A stretch of DNA of 43,500 nucleotides from Deltaproteobacteria bacterium TL4 (GTDB taxonomy: Bacteria; SAR324; NAC60-12). Where the stretch lies: contig JBBCAX010000306.1 in assembly GCA_051382335.1 (NCBI GenBank), positions 1 through 43,500 of the forward strand. The letters are read 5' to 3'. Under the pieces are notes generated by a model that saw nothing but the letters and a program-made list of their open reading frames with translations, made no database searches and was not told the origin of the DNA. Positions 19,693 through 29,025 of this stretch are shown here, piece by piece. Position 1 is the stretch's first letter. Each line of letters starts with the position of its first letter. The translations under genes and the position numbers were made by a program.

Positions 19693-19805
19693 GAAATTGT
19701 GGTTGAGTTCATGAAATCAGAGTAGGAGTTGCGTAGATACAATGATACAGGGGCGTAAATTGGATCATCGCTCATTTTTCAAAAAATAGAGTGGTAGAGG
19801 TAACT

Positions 19806-21473
19806 ATGGTAGGTTTTGCGGAGATTAAGCCCATACAGAGTGATAATCCCGTCATCAAGGTTTTTGGTGTAGGCGGGGGCGGTGGAAATGCAGTCAATCG
19901 CATGATTACCGCTGGAGTTAGAGGTGTAGAATATATTGTTGCGAATACAGATCTCCAGGATTTGAGGAAGTCTCAGGCCTCCAACAAACTTCAGTTGGGC
20001 ACGTTATGCACCAGAGGCTTAGGAGCCGGTGCCAAGCCGGAGGTTGGTAAAAACGCAGCGGAGGAAAGTGTGGACCAGATCAGGGACTACACGCAGGGAG
20101 CGGACATGATTTTTATTACTGCAGGAATGGGTGGCGGCACGGGTACAGGTGGCGCTCCTATTATTGCAAAAATCGCAAGGGAATCCAAAGCCCTTACTGT
20201 TGGAGTGGTCACTCTTCCTTTCCATTTTGAAGGGAAGCAGCGTGCACGTAACGCAAAGGCAGGAATTGAGGCTCTCAAGGCACAGGTTGATACTTTGATT
20301 GTGATTCCTAATAATAACCTTCTCAAGATGGTTGATCCTCGGACTTCGATGATGGAGGCTTTCATTCTTGCCGATGATGTATTACGACAGGGAATTCAAG
20401 GTGTATCAGATCTGATTACTCGTGATGGTATCGTAAACTTGGATTTTGCTGATGTTCGCACTGTTATGGCCAATAAAGGTAAGGCGGTTATGGGGACGGG
20501 GGTTGCTGTTGGTGAGAACCGTGCCAGAAAAGCCGCGGAAAAAGCAATCCATAGTCCTTTGCTTAGTGATTGCAAGATTACGGGGGCTCAAGGCATATTG
20601 ATTAACGTCGTTGGAAGTGAATCCATGACGCTCCATGAAGTTCAAGCGGCCGCGGCATTCATTGAGGAACAAGCTCATGAAGATGCAGATATCATTTGGG
20701 GAGCTTCTGTTAATGCTGAGCTGGGTGATAAAATTTTAATTACGGTGATTGCGACTGGGTTTGATAACTCCGAGGAAGGAGAAGATGACTTCAGTGATTT
20801 TCGAAAGACAGCGGTTCGATCTTCATTTGCGCAGCAACGCATACAACCTGAAACACCGGTATCCCCGCTTTCTTATCAAACGGCCAGTCAACCCACACCA
20901 GTTCCAGCGCAAGGGAGCCCCTTGATGTCTGAAGCCTCTTCAGTTAAAGCTTCGGAGGTCATCCCCTCTTTGCCGCGTCTCAAACCTTCTACCTCAGTAC
21001 ATGTTCCGTTGAGTGCTACTGTGGAGTCCGTTCCTCGTGAACCGTTACAAGCGCCCGCATTTTCTTCTTCTGAACCTCTTAAAGAACAGATCGTGATTGA
21101 TGAAGAACGACCTCGGACTCCTGAATATCTGTCACGTCCTGGGCTCTCTGTTCGACCTGAGTATTCTACAATGCCTAGATATATGGCAAAATCTGAAGCC
21201 TTGGAGACGCCTGAGTATGCTCCACACTCTGAATTTTCGACGAAACCGAGTCCTCATCAGGACTATGCAACGTCATCGCTTCCGCAACAAGAATACGTAC
21301 ATACGGCAGACAGTGTTTTTGAACTGGAAGAGCCCGATATTCTTGAGGAAGTAGAAACTAACCCTAAAATTCCGGAATGGGCTTATGTTCAGCAACGAAT
21401 ACGGCCTGATTTTTGGAATGACTTGGACGTTCCTGCGTTTATTCGCCGACGAAAGAAACAAATGGGACGATAG
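19806..21473 (+). CDS. ftsZ: Cell division protein FtsZ with a long linker
   Basis: ATG 19806 after [47 protein letters not shown] and C-terminal peptide [10 protein letters not shown]. Confidence 0.98.
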   Translation: MVGFAEIKPIQSDNPVIKVFGVGGGGGNAVNRMITAGVRGVEYIVANTDLQDLRKSQASNKLQLGTLCTRGLGAGAKPEVGKNAAEESVDQIRDYTQGADMIFITAGMGGGTGTGGAPIIAKIARESKALTVGVVTLPFHFEGKQRARNAKAGIEALKAQVDTLIVIPNNNLLKMVDPRTSMMEAFILADDVLRQGIQGVSDLITRDGIVNLDFADVRTVMANKGKAVMGTGVAVGENRARKAAEKAIHSPLLSDCKITGAQGILINVVGSESMTLHEVQAAAAFIEEQAHEDADIIWGASVNAELGDKILITVIATGFDNSEEGEDDFSDFRKTAVRSSFAQQRIQPETPVSPLSYQTASQPTPVPAQGSPLMSEASSVKASEVIPSLPRLKPSTSVHVPLSATVESVPREPLQAPAFSSSEPLKEQIVIDEERPRTPEYLSRPGLSVRPEYSTMPRYMAKSEALETPEYAPHSEFSTKPSPHQDYATSSLPQQEYVHTADSVFELEEPDILEEVETNPKIPEWAYVQQRIRPDFWNDLDVPAFIRRRKKQMGR

Positions 21474-21682
21474 CTTTTATATTTTTATAAATGAAAAAAC
21501 TTGTGGTTTTATTCAATTTTTCTGTATCTATGGCATAGGCAGAATTGAATCGTTCCCATGCGGATCTCTTTTTACGGGATGAGTAGTAATATTTAGGTAT
21601 TACTACTTGTCTTACGTTGAACAGCTTCCAAGATGCCCCCCTTTGAGCATCAATAATTACCATCTTTTGTCAGGGTTATTCT

Positions 21683-22537
21683 GTGTACTTGAAACTGTCT
21701 CGGTTGTTTTTTACGTTAGTGATTGGTACTGTCGGGGGGATGAGTAGCTGGGCCTTGCTACAGATTTTTTACTTTTTTCACATGCGCCAACCGCTCCCTT
21801 TATTGGATCAGTTTATCTATGAAGGTGTTATGGCAGGCATAGGATTCGGAGCGTATATCAATGCCAACGAAGCCTTACTCAATAGCAATCGTGAAGCCAT
21901 AGTTAAACGCATGTTGTGGGGAACCTGCCTTGGTGGCCTCAGTGGACTGATCAGTTTTACTTGTGCACAAAGTCTGTTAGCTTTCTACACGCCCATCTTG
22001 TGGATCCGTTTGACAGCCTGGACTTTGTTAGGATTATGTATTGGTGGTGTTACAAGCTATCAACTTCCTTTATCAAAACGTTTTTTCTTTCAAATCCTGG
22101 GTGGTGGGATAGGTGGAATTTCTGGTGGTATTCTTTTCGAGTTTTGTCAAAAGATCCCCTATGAATATCTGGGTAATTTTTTTGGTTTAATAGTGTTCGG
22201 TGTGTGTCTATCCCTTGCTATGACCTGTATTGAAACTTTGTTTTCCAAAGCATATTTGCGGGTACTTTGTGGAAATAATGAAGGACAGGTTTACTTACTG
22301 GATAAAGATCAATTTTTAATAGGATACTCCTCTCAAAGCGACATTATGCTATCGGGCTATGCTGAAGTTTGTGACAAACATGCTCGTATTTACCAGCAAA
22401 AGAGTCAATGTATTATGCGTACAGCGCAAGTGGGAGGACAGATATTAATAAATTTTCGTTCAGTGAATCAACAGGTTATGAAAAAGGGAGACATCATCAA
22501 AATTGGTACAGCATTATTACAATACTGTGAGATCTAA
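21683..22537 (+). CDS. Multi-pass membrane protein with C-terminal FHA-like domain
   Basis: About 6 Gly-rich TM segments, then LIG..DI.L...V...HARI and MKKGDIIKIG (FHA pattern); GTG start. Confidence 0.8.
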   Translation: MYLKLSRLFFTLVIGTVGGMSSWALLQIFYFFHMRQPLPLLDQFIYEGVMAGIGFGAYINANEALLNSNREAIVKRMLWGTCLGGLSGLISFTCAQSLLAFYTPILWIRLTAWTLLGLCIGGVTSYQLPLSKRFFFQILGGGIGGISGGILFEFCQKIPYEYLGNFFGLIVFGVCLSLAMTCIETLFSKAYLRVLCGNNEGQVYLLDKDQFLIGYSSQSDIMLSGYAEVCDKHARIYQQKSQCIMRTAQVGGQILINFRSVNQQVMKKGDIIKIGTALLQYCEI

Positions 22538-24274
22538 ATGATGCATCCTATAATTGATAGTATATTACGGCCAAAGTGGGCTTACTTTGGTTTGCAGGTC
22601 TTGGTGTGTAGTCTCAGTTTTTTTTATTCTGAGACGGTGAGGGCACAGGACTTTAAAATTACGGCGGTTGATTCTAATCCTGGTTATATTGGGAGAGAGC
22701 GACATATTTTTTTCAATGTGATTGGAGACCAGAACGAGTATCTCTCGTCTCTTCAGCAAAAAGATGTTTCCCTAAAAGTTAACGGAGAGCCTTTTGCCAA
22801 TTTTCAGGTAGCAGCTCGGAAGCAGCTGTATCATCTGACAACGGCAATTTTAGTTGATTCAACGGCAATTACCCCTCAAGCGCTTGAGCTTGTCAAGGCG
22901 TCGATTAAACCCTATCTGTCGCAGAAACAGGGGCAGGATAGAATTTTATTAAACTCCAATCACCCGACTTCCGCAAGTAAAGAATTTGCTCAAACCATCC
23001 CCGATCTTGATACTCAATTAAGTCTTATCAAGTTCACACCCTCGCCACCTCAAGCTATCGCCAAGTTTATTTTCGATAATGTAAAAATTTTTCCAATTGC
23101 TGATAATCGTCGATGGGTCATTACCATTTCCTCAGCACATGCTTTTACACAAAAATACGATGATCAGGAATGGGAGCCTTTAAAAATCTTTTTAACCACA
23201 CGAAAAATTACCCCGATTCATCTGTTAATCGAAAGTCATGCGTCCCAAAGTTTACTGGACAGCATTACTCAGAAAACGGGGGGTGTCGCGTATACCCTAA
23301 AGGATCTTGAGGAGCTTCCAAAGTTTTTGCAAAAGATTTCAGCGATGCAGCAAAGTGAGTATGTCCTTTCTTATTATCTGAATTTGATTGGCAATAAAAC
23401 GCACGAAGTCGAGTTAAAAATCCAATTTGGAGAGGAGAGTAAGGTCCAGCAGAGTGATGTGACGGTGGTCCCTATTTGGCCACTTTCAGATTCTTCTTTT
23501 CCCTTAAGTGGCAGTTTGATGATTTTGTTTGCGGCCCTGGCGTTCATTGCATGGCAAGTTAGGGACAGGAAATATCTTCTTTTTTCTCATCCTGAGCCTG
23601 GATTTCAAGTTTTGACACCAGGGGAGGAAGATCAATTTATCGCTCTCGAAGCCAAAAATTATACGTTGGACTTTCTCTCTGAGATAAAAACCAAAGGAGG
23701 CCTTAGACTGTCCGCAAATTTAAATAAGGTGACGATGGTTCCACATCAGGGGACTTTTTTGTTGGAAGATAAGAATTACAAAAATGCACTTCTGATTAAT
23801 CGCAGACGAATCCACAGGATCCTTCTTAAAAATGGGGATATTTTAGATATTGGAGAGTTGACGCTGCTGTATCGCAACGAAAATTATCAACCAACCTCAA
23901 TAATAGGCGAGGACGGCAATGCCGATGAGGAACTTACGCCGATACAAAGTAAAAAACTTAAAGGCCCTGTGCGTAAGGACATCCCTGTGTTGATTGCGGA
24001 AAAAAATAAACAAGAAAACTACCTGATTAAAAATATTACTTTCATTGGTAGTTCCAGCATAAACGATATTGTTTTAAAGCACCCACAAGTCGCGTCGAAA
24101 CACGCAAAGATTGTGCGCATCGGAGGACAATATAAAATTCAAACAATGAGTACTCAAGAAGGAACCTTTGTCAACAACCGTCGCATTGAACAGCGATTCT
24201 TACGGGATGGAGACGAAATCTCAATTGGCGAGTACAGTTTCAAGTTTCGTATGGCAAGGACTCCCTCCAAATAG
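22538..24274 (+). CDS. Membrane-anchored protein: periplasmic VWA-like domain, TM helix, two cytoplasmic FHA-like domains
   Basis: Signal-like N-terminus; AILVDS, ITQKTGG and EYVLSY (VWA-like); TM at ~aa 322-340; LKNGDILDIG and HAKI..GTFVNN..LRDGDEISIG. Confidence 0.8.
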   Translation: MMHPIIDSILRPKWAYFGLQVLVCSLSFFYSETVRAQDFKITAVDSNPGYIGRERHIFFNVIGDQNEYLSSLQQKDVSLKVNGEPFANFQVAARKQLYHLTTAILVDSTAITPQALELVKASIKPYLSQKQGQDRILLNSNHPTSASKEFAQTIPDLDTQLSLIKFTPSPPQAIAKFIFDNVKIFPIADNRRWVITISSAHAFTQKYDDQEWEPLKIFLTTRKITPIHLLIESHASQSLLDSITQKTGGVAYTLKDLEELPKFLQKISAMQQSEYVLSYYLNLIGNKTHEVELKIQFGEESKVQQSDVTVVPIWPLSDSSFPLSGSLMILFAALAFIAWQVRDRKYLLFSHPEPGFQVLTPGEEDQFIALEAKNYTLDFLSEIKTKGGLRLSANLNKVTMVPHQGTFLLEDKNYKNALLINRRRIHRILLKNGDILDIGELTLLYRNENYQPTSIIGEDGNADEELTPIQSKKLKGPVRKDIPVLIAEKNKQENYLIKNITFIGSSSINDIVLKHPQVASKHAKIVRIGGQYKIQTMSTQEGTFVNNRRIEQRFLRDGDEISIGEYSFKFRMARTPSK

Positions 24275-24330
24275 AGGATGGGATCTCTCCCTTCCTCTAC
24301 TGAGGCAGTCAGTCAAACTGCCTTTCTGCT
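24272..24330. terminator. Two hairpins between convergent genes (possible terminator)
   Basis: TAGAGGA-T-GGGA-tctc-TCCC-T-TCCTCTA (24272-24299) and AGGCAGT-7 nt-ACTGCCT followed by TTCTGCTTT; U-tracts are weak. Confidence 0.35.
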
Positions 24331-24461
24331 TTCGTCATTTCTAAACAGGGTTGCTCGCACAAAAACGGGATGAAACTTTTTTGCATCTTTCCTTTTTGCC
24401 CACAAAAGTGAGCCTCTCGCTCTACAACTTGGTGAGTGACGGCTTTCGCTGGATGTTCTCC

Positions 24462-25412
24462 CTAATGCTGTTTCAGTTCGCGATAATAATTAAAAATTTC
24501 TTTAAGTGGATGCTTGGATTGAAAGTCAAACGTCTGATTGAATAGATTTCCGTCCATGATGATGGGATACTTGAAGTAGTTAATCATATGTGGCGGAAAG
24601 TTTTTAATTTTAAATAAAGAACAAAGTTTTCGAGAAAGAACAGGAGGAACGGAAGGTATGGGGATTTCTTCACAACCTGCCAAATTCAAGGCTTTTGTGT
24701 AAGGGACCCAATCCTCAGGAGCAATGTTGTAAATGCCAGGTTTATTGCCTTTGTAGGATTTTGCAATGGCAACAGCCAAGTCATCAACGTGGATAAACTG
24801 CATTAACGGCGCATAACCTAAAAGCACCGGAGATCGCTGTTGCATGAGTAATGAACTGATTTGATTATGAATACCTGGACCTACAATATTGCAGGGACGC
24901 AATACGGTGACTCTTGAACGGCGATGTCTTAACATCGTGATGGCAACCAGGTTTTCCAACTCGACCCCATCGACCAACTGTGACGACCAGTTTGACGCTT
25001 TCAAAGGGAAGCTTTCATCAATAAGTGAAGGATTATAGGGATGGGCTCCGTAAACATGGAACGTGGACAGGACAACGGTATGATCGACTTCGTACTTACG
25101 ACCCAGTTCCAGCAAACGTTGAGTTCCTAGCACATTGATGTTGTATCGTTTAAAACGATCCTGTTGCGTCATCCGAATTCTGCCTAAATGGAGTATGCCC
25201 TCAAATTGATGCTTACGAAAAACCTCTTCAAATCCACGTTTTGTGAAATCCAAACGATACTTAACCAACCGATCGTCATAATGAGATTCCTCTCGGAAAT
25301 CGACACCAATGAGTGTGTAGTCCTCTTTCATTTTTTCAAAAACACGATGCGCTAACTCGCCACCGGCGCCTGTTATTAAAACTTCAGGTTTTTTCCGCTC
25401 TGTCATAATCAA
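24462..25412 (-). CDS. NAD-dependent epimerase/dehydratase (extended SDR)
   Basis: VLITGAGG, NVLGT, STFHVYGA, VLRPCNIVGP, QFIHVDD, GIYNIA; canonical YxxxK not evident. Confidence 0.88.
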   Translation of the reverse strand: MIMTERKKPEVLITGAGGELAHRVFEKMKEDYTLIGVDFREESHYDDRLVKYRLDFTKRGFEEVFRKHQFEGILHLGRIRMTQQDRFKRYNINVLGTQRLLELGRKYEVDHTVVLSTFHVYGAHPYNPSLIDESFPLKASNWSSQLVDGVELENLVAITMLRHRRSRVTVLRPCNIVGPGIHNQISSLLMQQRSPVLLGYAPLMQFIHVDDLAVAIAKSYKGNKPGIYNIAPEDWVPYTKALNLAGCEEIPIPSVPPVLSRKLCSLFKIKNFPPHMINYFKYPIIMDGNLFNQTFDFQSKHPLKEIFNYYRELKQH

Positions 25413-26224
25413 CGTCCCTTTCCACGTTTTTTAAAGCCTTCATCAATCAAGGCATAAATTTCATTCTTTACTTGCTTCACTTTTTCTTCCATCTCTATTT
25501 CACTCGAAATGTTGCCCTCAAAACACAGCGGTTTTCCAAAATGCAGATAAACTTTAGAAGGAAAGACAAACGGCGGTGTGATCGGAACATAGGGTAGTCC
25601 TAACAGGCTTGCCAGAGAATCAAAACTTCCCAGGCTCGGCATCGTTTCTTCACACCCGACGATACCTACAGGAACAATGGGTGCCTTCGTTTCTATCGCA
25701 ATCCGCATGAATCCTGTTCCAAAGTGTTGTAATTCATATCTCTTCTTCCAGGGTTTTCCTGAGCCGCCTACCCCTTCAGGAAAAACAATAACGGCCTCAT
25801 CCCGCTCTAACATTTTGACACAATTGACAGGATCGCCTACAACGGAACCCATTTCATTCATAATGTTCCCAAGATATGGGACTGTAGGGAAAAAGCGTTC
25901 AATCATCGCGCGAGGAACCCGTGGACCGAAAGGATTGGTTAAGACAGCGATACCAACCAAGACGCCATCCATCGGCAGTTGGCCGCTATGATTTCCAATA
26001 ATAAGAACCCTCCCTTTCTGGGGAATATTCTCCAAACCAAAAGCCTCTGTCCTAAAATATTTTTCATACAACCACCGTCCGAATTTAGATCCCTCATTGA
26101 TAAGACGGTCATTATACCCCCAGGGATCATAGCCCAAACTTCCTACAGTTTTGTGCGTATCGCCAACAACTGTTTTGAGCGCATTCATGCGGATCAACTC
26201 CTTTATTTTTTCTGCCCATGCCAT
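25409..26224 (-). CDS. Lysophospholipid/glycerol acyltransferase (PlsC family)
   Basis: NHSGQLPMDG (HX-D motif), VFPEG, GFMRIA, PIVPVGIVG. Confidence 0.9.
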   Translation of the reverse strand: MAWAEKIKELIRMNALKTVVGDTHKTVGSLGYDPWGYNDRLINEGSKFGRWLYEKYFRTEAFGLENIPQKGRVLIIGNHSGQLPMDGVLVGIAVLTNPFGPRVPRAMIERFFPTVPYLGNIMNEMGSVVGDPVNCVKMLERDEAVIVFPEGVGGSGKPWKKRYELQHFGTGFMRIAIETKAPIVPVGIVGCEETMPSLGSFDSLASLLGLPYVPITPPFVFPSKVYLHFGKPLCFEGNISSEIEMEEKVKQVKNEIYALIDEGFKKRGKGR

Positions 26225-26395
26225 ACGAATCCTTTATGCTGTGAATGAAAATATCTTTGTTAGATTTGACGCTTAATTGATAAAATCAGACCACTATTAT
26301 CAGGCATAACAAGTTTAGATCAAAATAGAAATGATAAATCTATTTTTTTTAGCCTACCCCGAAAACCGTTGCAGGCCTTGTCTGCTTTTTACAGC

Positions 26396-26944
26396 TCAGC
26401 GGGGTCTTATTTGATAGATTCCCTTTGAACGGGCAACAATCTCTCCCTCTACATTTTTCAGGACACTTTCTAACTCAAAATCACATTTTCCATTTTGTGA
26501 GACTGTTGCTTTGATTCTTTTAACTTCTTCAGGCGCAATTAGCGGTGATTCAACAAACACATCAGTTTTAGCGGCTTGAATGAAAGTGATACTCATTTCT
26601 TTGACAATCGGGATATATTTGGTTCCAAAACTAAACAAAGAAACAACCCCACCCGGGGCTTCTGCCAATGTGAACAAGGCTCCGGCATACATGATGTTGA
26701 CATGGTTTTTGTTTAATTTAAAAGGCATCTTACATCGAACCATGTTCGAGTTTACTTCAACAATATCCAATCCTGATCTGGCAACAAAAGGAATCGCTAA
26801 GCCTATGCCTTTGCTCAAAAGACTCAGGGTGCTTCGTTTAAGAACACCTCGAACAGGATTCTCCTTCTCATTTTCGGAATTTTCAAACAAAGCCAACACA
26901 GAGGTTTCTAGTTTTTCCAAGACTTGTTCAGTTAACTTACTCAT
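26396..26944 (-). CDS. Hotdog-fold thioesterase (PaaI/DUF4442-like)
   Basis: NKNHVNIMYAGALFTLAE motif and IPIVKEMSITF. Confidence 0.85.
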   Translation of the reverse strand: MSKLTEQVLEKLETSVLALFENSENEKENPVRGVLKRSTLSLLSKGIGLAIPFVARSGLDIVEVNSNMVRCKMPFKLNKNHVNIMYAGALFTLAEAPGGVVSLFSFGTKYIPIVKEMSITFIQAAKTDVFVESPLIAPEEVKRIKATVSQNGKCDFELESVLKNVEGEIVARSKGIYQIRPR

Positions 26945-27040
26945 AAAACTGTCCTTTTCATTATTTTAGCGGGTTGACTTCAATTAGAAGTATACAAAAA
27001 TCCCCTTTCATTAAGCGGGTAGCCTTTCACCACAAAAGAG

Positions 27041-27721
27041 TCAAACAGGATTCGAAACCTCAAGAACATAAATTTTGTTTGCAATATCAAAGGGAAGGGT
27101 TATTTGCCCATATTCTGAGACCAAAGAAAGAGAGTGTAAAACCTCAACACGTTCACTCACCTGATGCTGTTTTCCTGGTATGAGTGAATGATCGTGTAAC
27201 CGTTTAAGCAATTCAACAGACGCTTCAATGGACTCATCAATCATGACCACTTCAATATGAGTTCCCTGCTTTGCCTTATCCAAAGGGAAACAATTTTCGG
27301 CAAGATCCTTTGTTGCGCCTGAGAGGGGGCATCCATGAGGGCAATGTTCCGGAAATTGAAGGAACGCTGTCAATTTTTGCACCACTAATGGAGTGAGTGC
27401 ATGTTCTAATTTGTGAGCATGTTCATGGACTTCATACCACGAAATTCCTAATGTTTTATAGAGAAAACACTCTGCCAGATTATGTCGAAAGGCCATTTCT
27501 TTCGCCTTTCCCATTCCTTCACTGGTCAACTGAATTTCCTTATTTTTTGTGATAGAAATCAAGTTATCCCGATGCATACGAGAAAGAGTTGCGTGAACTG
27601 TGGAAGGCGTGATTTGGAGTCGATGGGCTAAAGCAATGGCTTTGACAGGTTTCTTCGTAATCTGAAGATGATAAATCGACTGTAAGTATTCTTCTATAAC
27701 AACAGTGGTCTCTGTATCCAT
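27041..27721 (-). CDS. DtxR/MntR-family metal-dependent repressor
   Basis: EEYLQSIY wHTH, RHNLAECFL, AHKLEH, CPHG-x-P and C-terminal FeoA-like domain; ATG 27721 after GAAAGG. Confidence 0.92.
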   Translation of the reverse strand: MDTETTVVIEEYLQSIYHLQITKKPVKAIALAHRLQITPSTVHATLSRMHRDNLISITKNKEIQLTSEGMGKAKEMAFRHNLAECFLYKTLGISWYEVHEHAHKLEHALTPLVVQKLTAFLQFPEHCPHGCPLSGATKDLAENCFPLDKAKQGTHIEVVMIDESIEASVELLKRLHDHSLIPGKQHQVSERVEVLHSLSLVSEYGQITLPFDIANKIYVLEVSNPV

Positions 27722-27823
27722 AATGGAACCTTTCAATTTTTAGGAGCATGACAGAAGGGTTATGAAACGGTTTTATTTCCCCAGAAAAATGGTACAGTCA
27801 CCAATTCCTCTTTCTTGTCACTT

Positions 27824-27901
27824 TCCTACTAATCGTTTTCAGTGTCCATACAAAAATGGGTACAGGCCCCCTCCTACTAATCGTTTTCCGTATCCATACA
27901 A
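27824..27901. repeat. 30-bp direct repeat duplicating the dmeF 3' end
   Basis: TCCTACTAATCGTTTTC[A/C]GT[G/A]TCCATACAA at 27824-27853 and 27872-27901. Confidence 0.9.
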
Positions 27902-28836
27902 GGTTCACCAGGTGCGAAATTTACCTCGATGGTGACATGTTTGAGTTCCTTGAAATTGGTGAGGAGTTCTTTGTAATAATCGGGGGGCTGGGGATGATGG
28001 GTTACTACAGAAAGAATCAAAGCGAGATGATTGGACGCTACTCTCCATATATGAAAATCCGTAATTTTATTATCGGAATCAGATTCGATTCTGGAACGTA
28101 TTTTTTCTATAGTCTCAGGATCAACGTCACTGTCCAGCAGAATTTTTCCGGTTTCCCCCAACAACCCATAGGACCAACGGAAAATCAGGATAGCACCGAC
28201 GATTCCCATAACGGGGTCCATCCAAACCCAGCCTAACATTTTTCCGGAAAACAGAGCTACAATCGCCAGCACAGATGTCATGGCATCCGCAAGAACATGC
28301 AAATAAGCCGCTTTGAGATTGTGATCCTGGTGATGGTCATGTTCGTGTTCATGCTCGTGACTATGTCCATGGTGGGGGTGAGGTTGTTCTTTTAGTAAAA
28401 GGGCACTGAACAGGTTAACCAACAGGCCAACTGCGGCAACGGCAATGGCTTCATTGAATTGAATGGCTTCTGGAGTCATAAAGCGTTTGAACGATTCCAT
28501 TCCCATAATAAAGGCAACCACTCCTAGGGCGACAGCACTGGCATAACCTCCGAGAGCACTCACTTTTCCTGTACCAAAACTGAAACTTGAATCATCAATA
28601 TGATTTCGTGCGTAGCGATAAGCAAATACGGTAATGCCCAATGCCGCGGCATGTGATGCCATGTGCCATCCATCCGCAAGAAGAGCCATTGACCCATAAA
28701 ACAACCCTGCGGAGACTTCAACCACCATCATCACGGTAGTTAATGAAATGATGAACATCGTATTTCGCTCACCCTGAACATTTTCAATGTTAAATCGGTG
28801 AGTGTGTTTCCATTGATCTAATTGATAAATATGCAT
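27877..28836 (-). CDS. dmeF: CDF-family Co/Ni/Zn efflux transporter, DmeF-like
   Basis: W.H.H.F N-terminus, SMALLADGWHM, FSFGTGK, His-rich loop HPHHGHSHEHEHEHDHHQDH, AAYLHVLADA, HVTIEV. Confidence 0.92.
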   Translation of the reverse strand: MHIYQLDQWKHTHRFNIENVQGERNTMFIISLTTVMMVVEVSAGLFYGSMALLADGWHMASHAAALGITVFAYRYARNHIDDSSFSFGTGKVSALGGYASAVALGVVAFIMGMESFKRFMTPEAIQFNEAIAVAAVGLLVNLFSALLLKEQPHPHHGHSHEHEHEHDHHQDHNLKAAYLHVLADAMTSVLAIVALFSGKMLGWVWMDPVMGIVGAILIFRWSYGLLGETGKILLDSDVDPETIEKIRSRIESDSDNKITDFHIWRVASNHLALILSVVTHHPQPPDYYKELLTNFKELKHVTIEVNFAPGEPCMDTEND

Positions 28837-28867
28837 AAAGACTTTTAGATTGAACGTGCTTGGTTAG

Positions 28868-28969
28868 TATAGTGCTCAAGGAAAGTTTTGTCCTGGGAGC
28901 GAGGGCATCTTGCCCTCACCGGAGGGGGGACGCCCTCCCCCCGAGACAAAACTTATCTGGACATCTATA
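28868..28969 (+). mobile_element. MITE/REP-like element, copy A
   Basis: Imperfect terminal inverted repeats TATAGTGCTCAAGGAAAGTTTTGTC ... GACAAAACTTATCTGGACATCTATA around a GC-rich palindromic core (GAGGGCA-tct-TGCCCTC). Confidence 0.75.
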
Positions 28970-29025
28970 TCCCGCAAAGGCGATGCCCCCTCTGTTTGCC
29001 CAAAGCGAGATACTGAGACGATTGA

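Noticed and set aside
27824..27901. Diversity-generating retroelement TR/VR pair
   Set aside because: Only 30 bp, mismatches are not adenine-specific on the coding strand, and there is no reverse transcriptase in the window.
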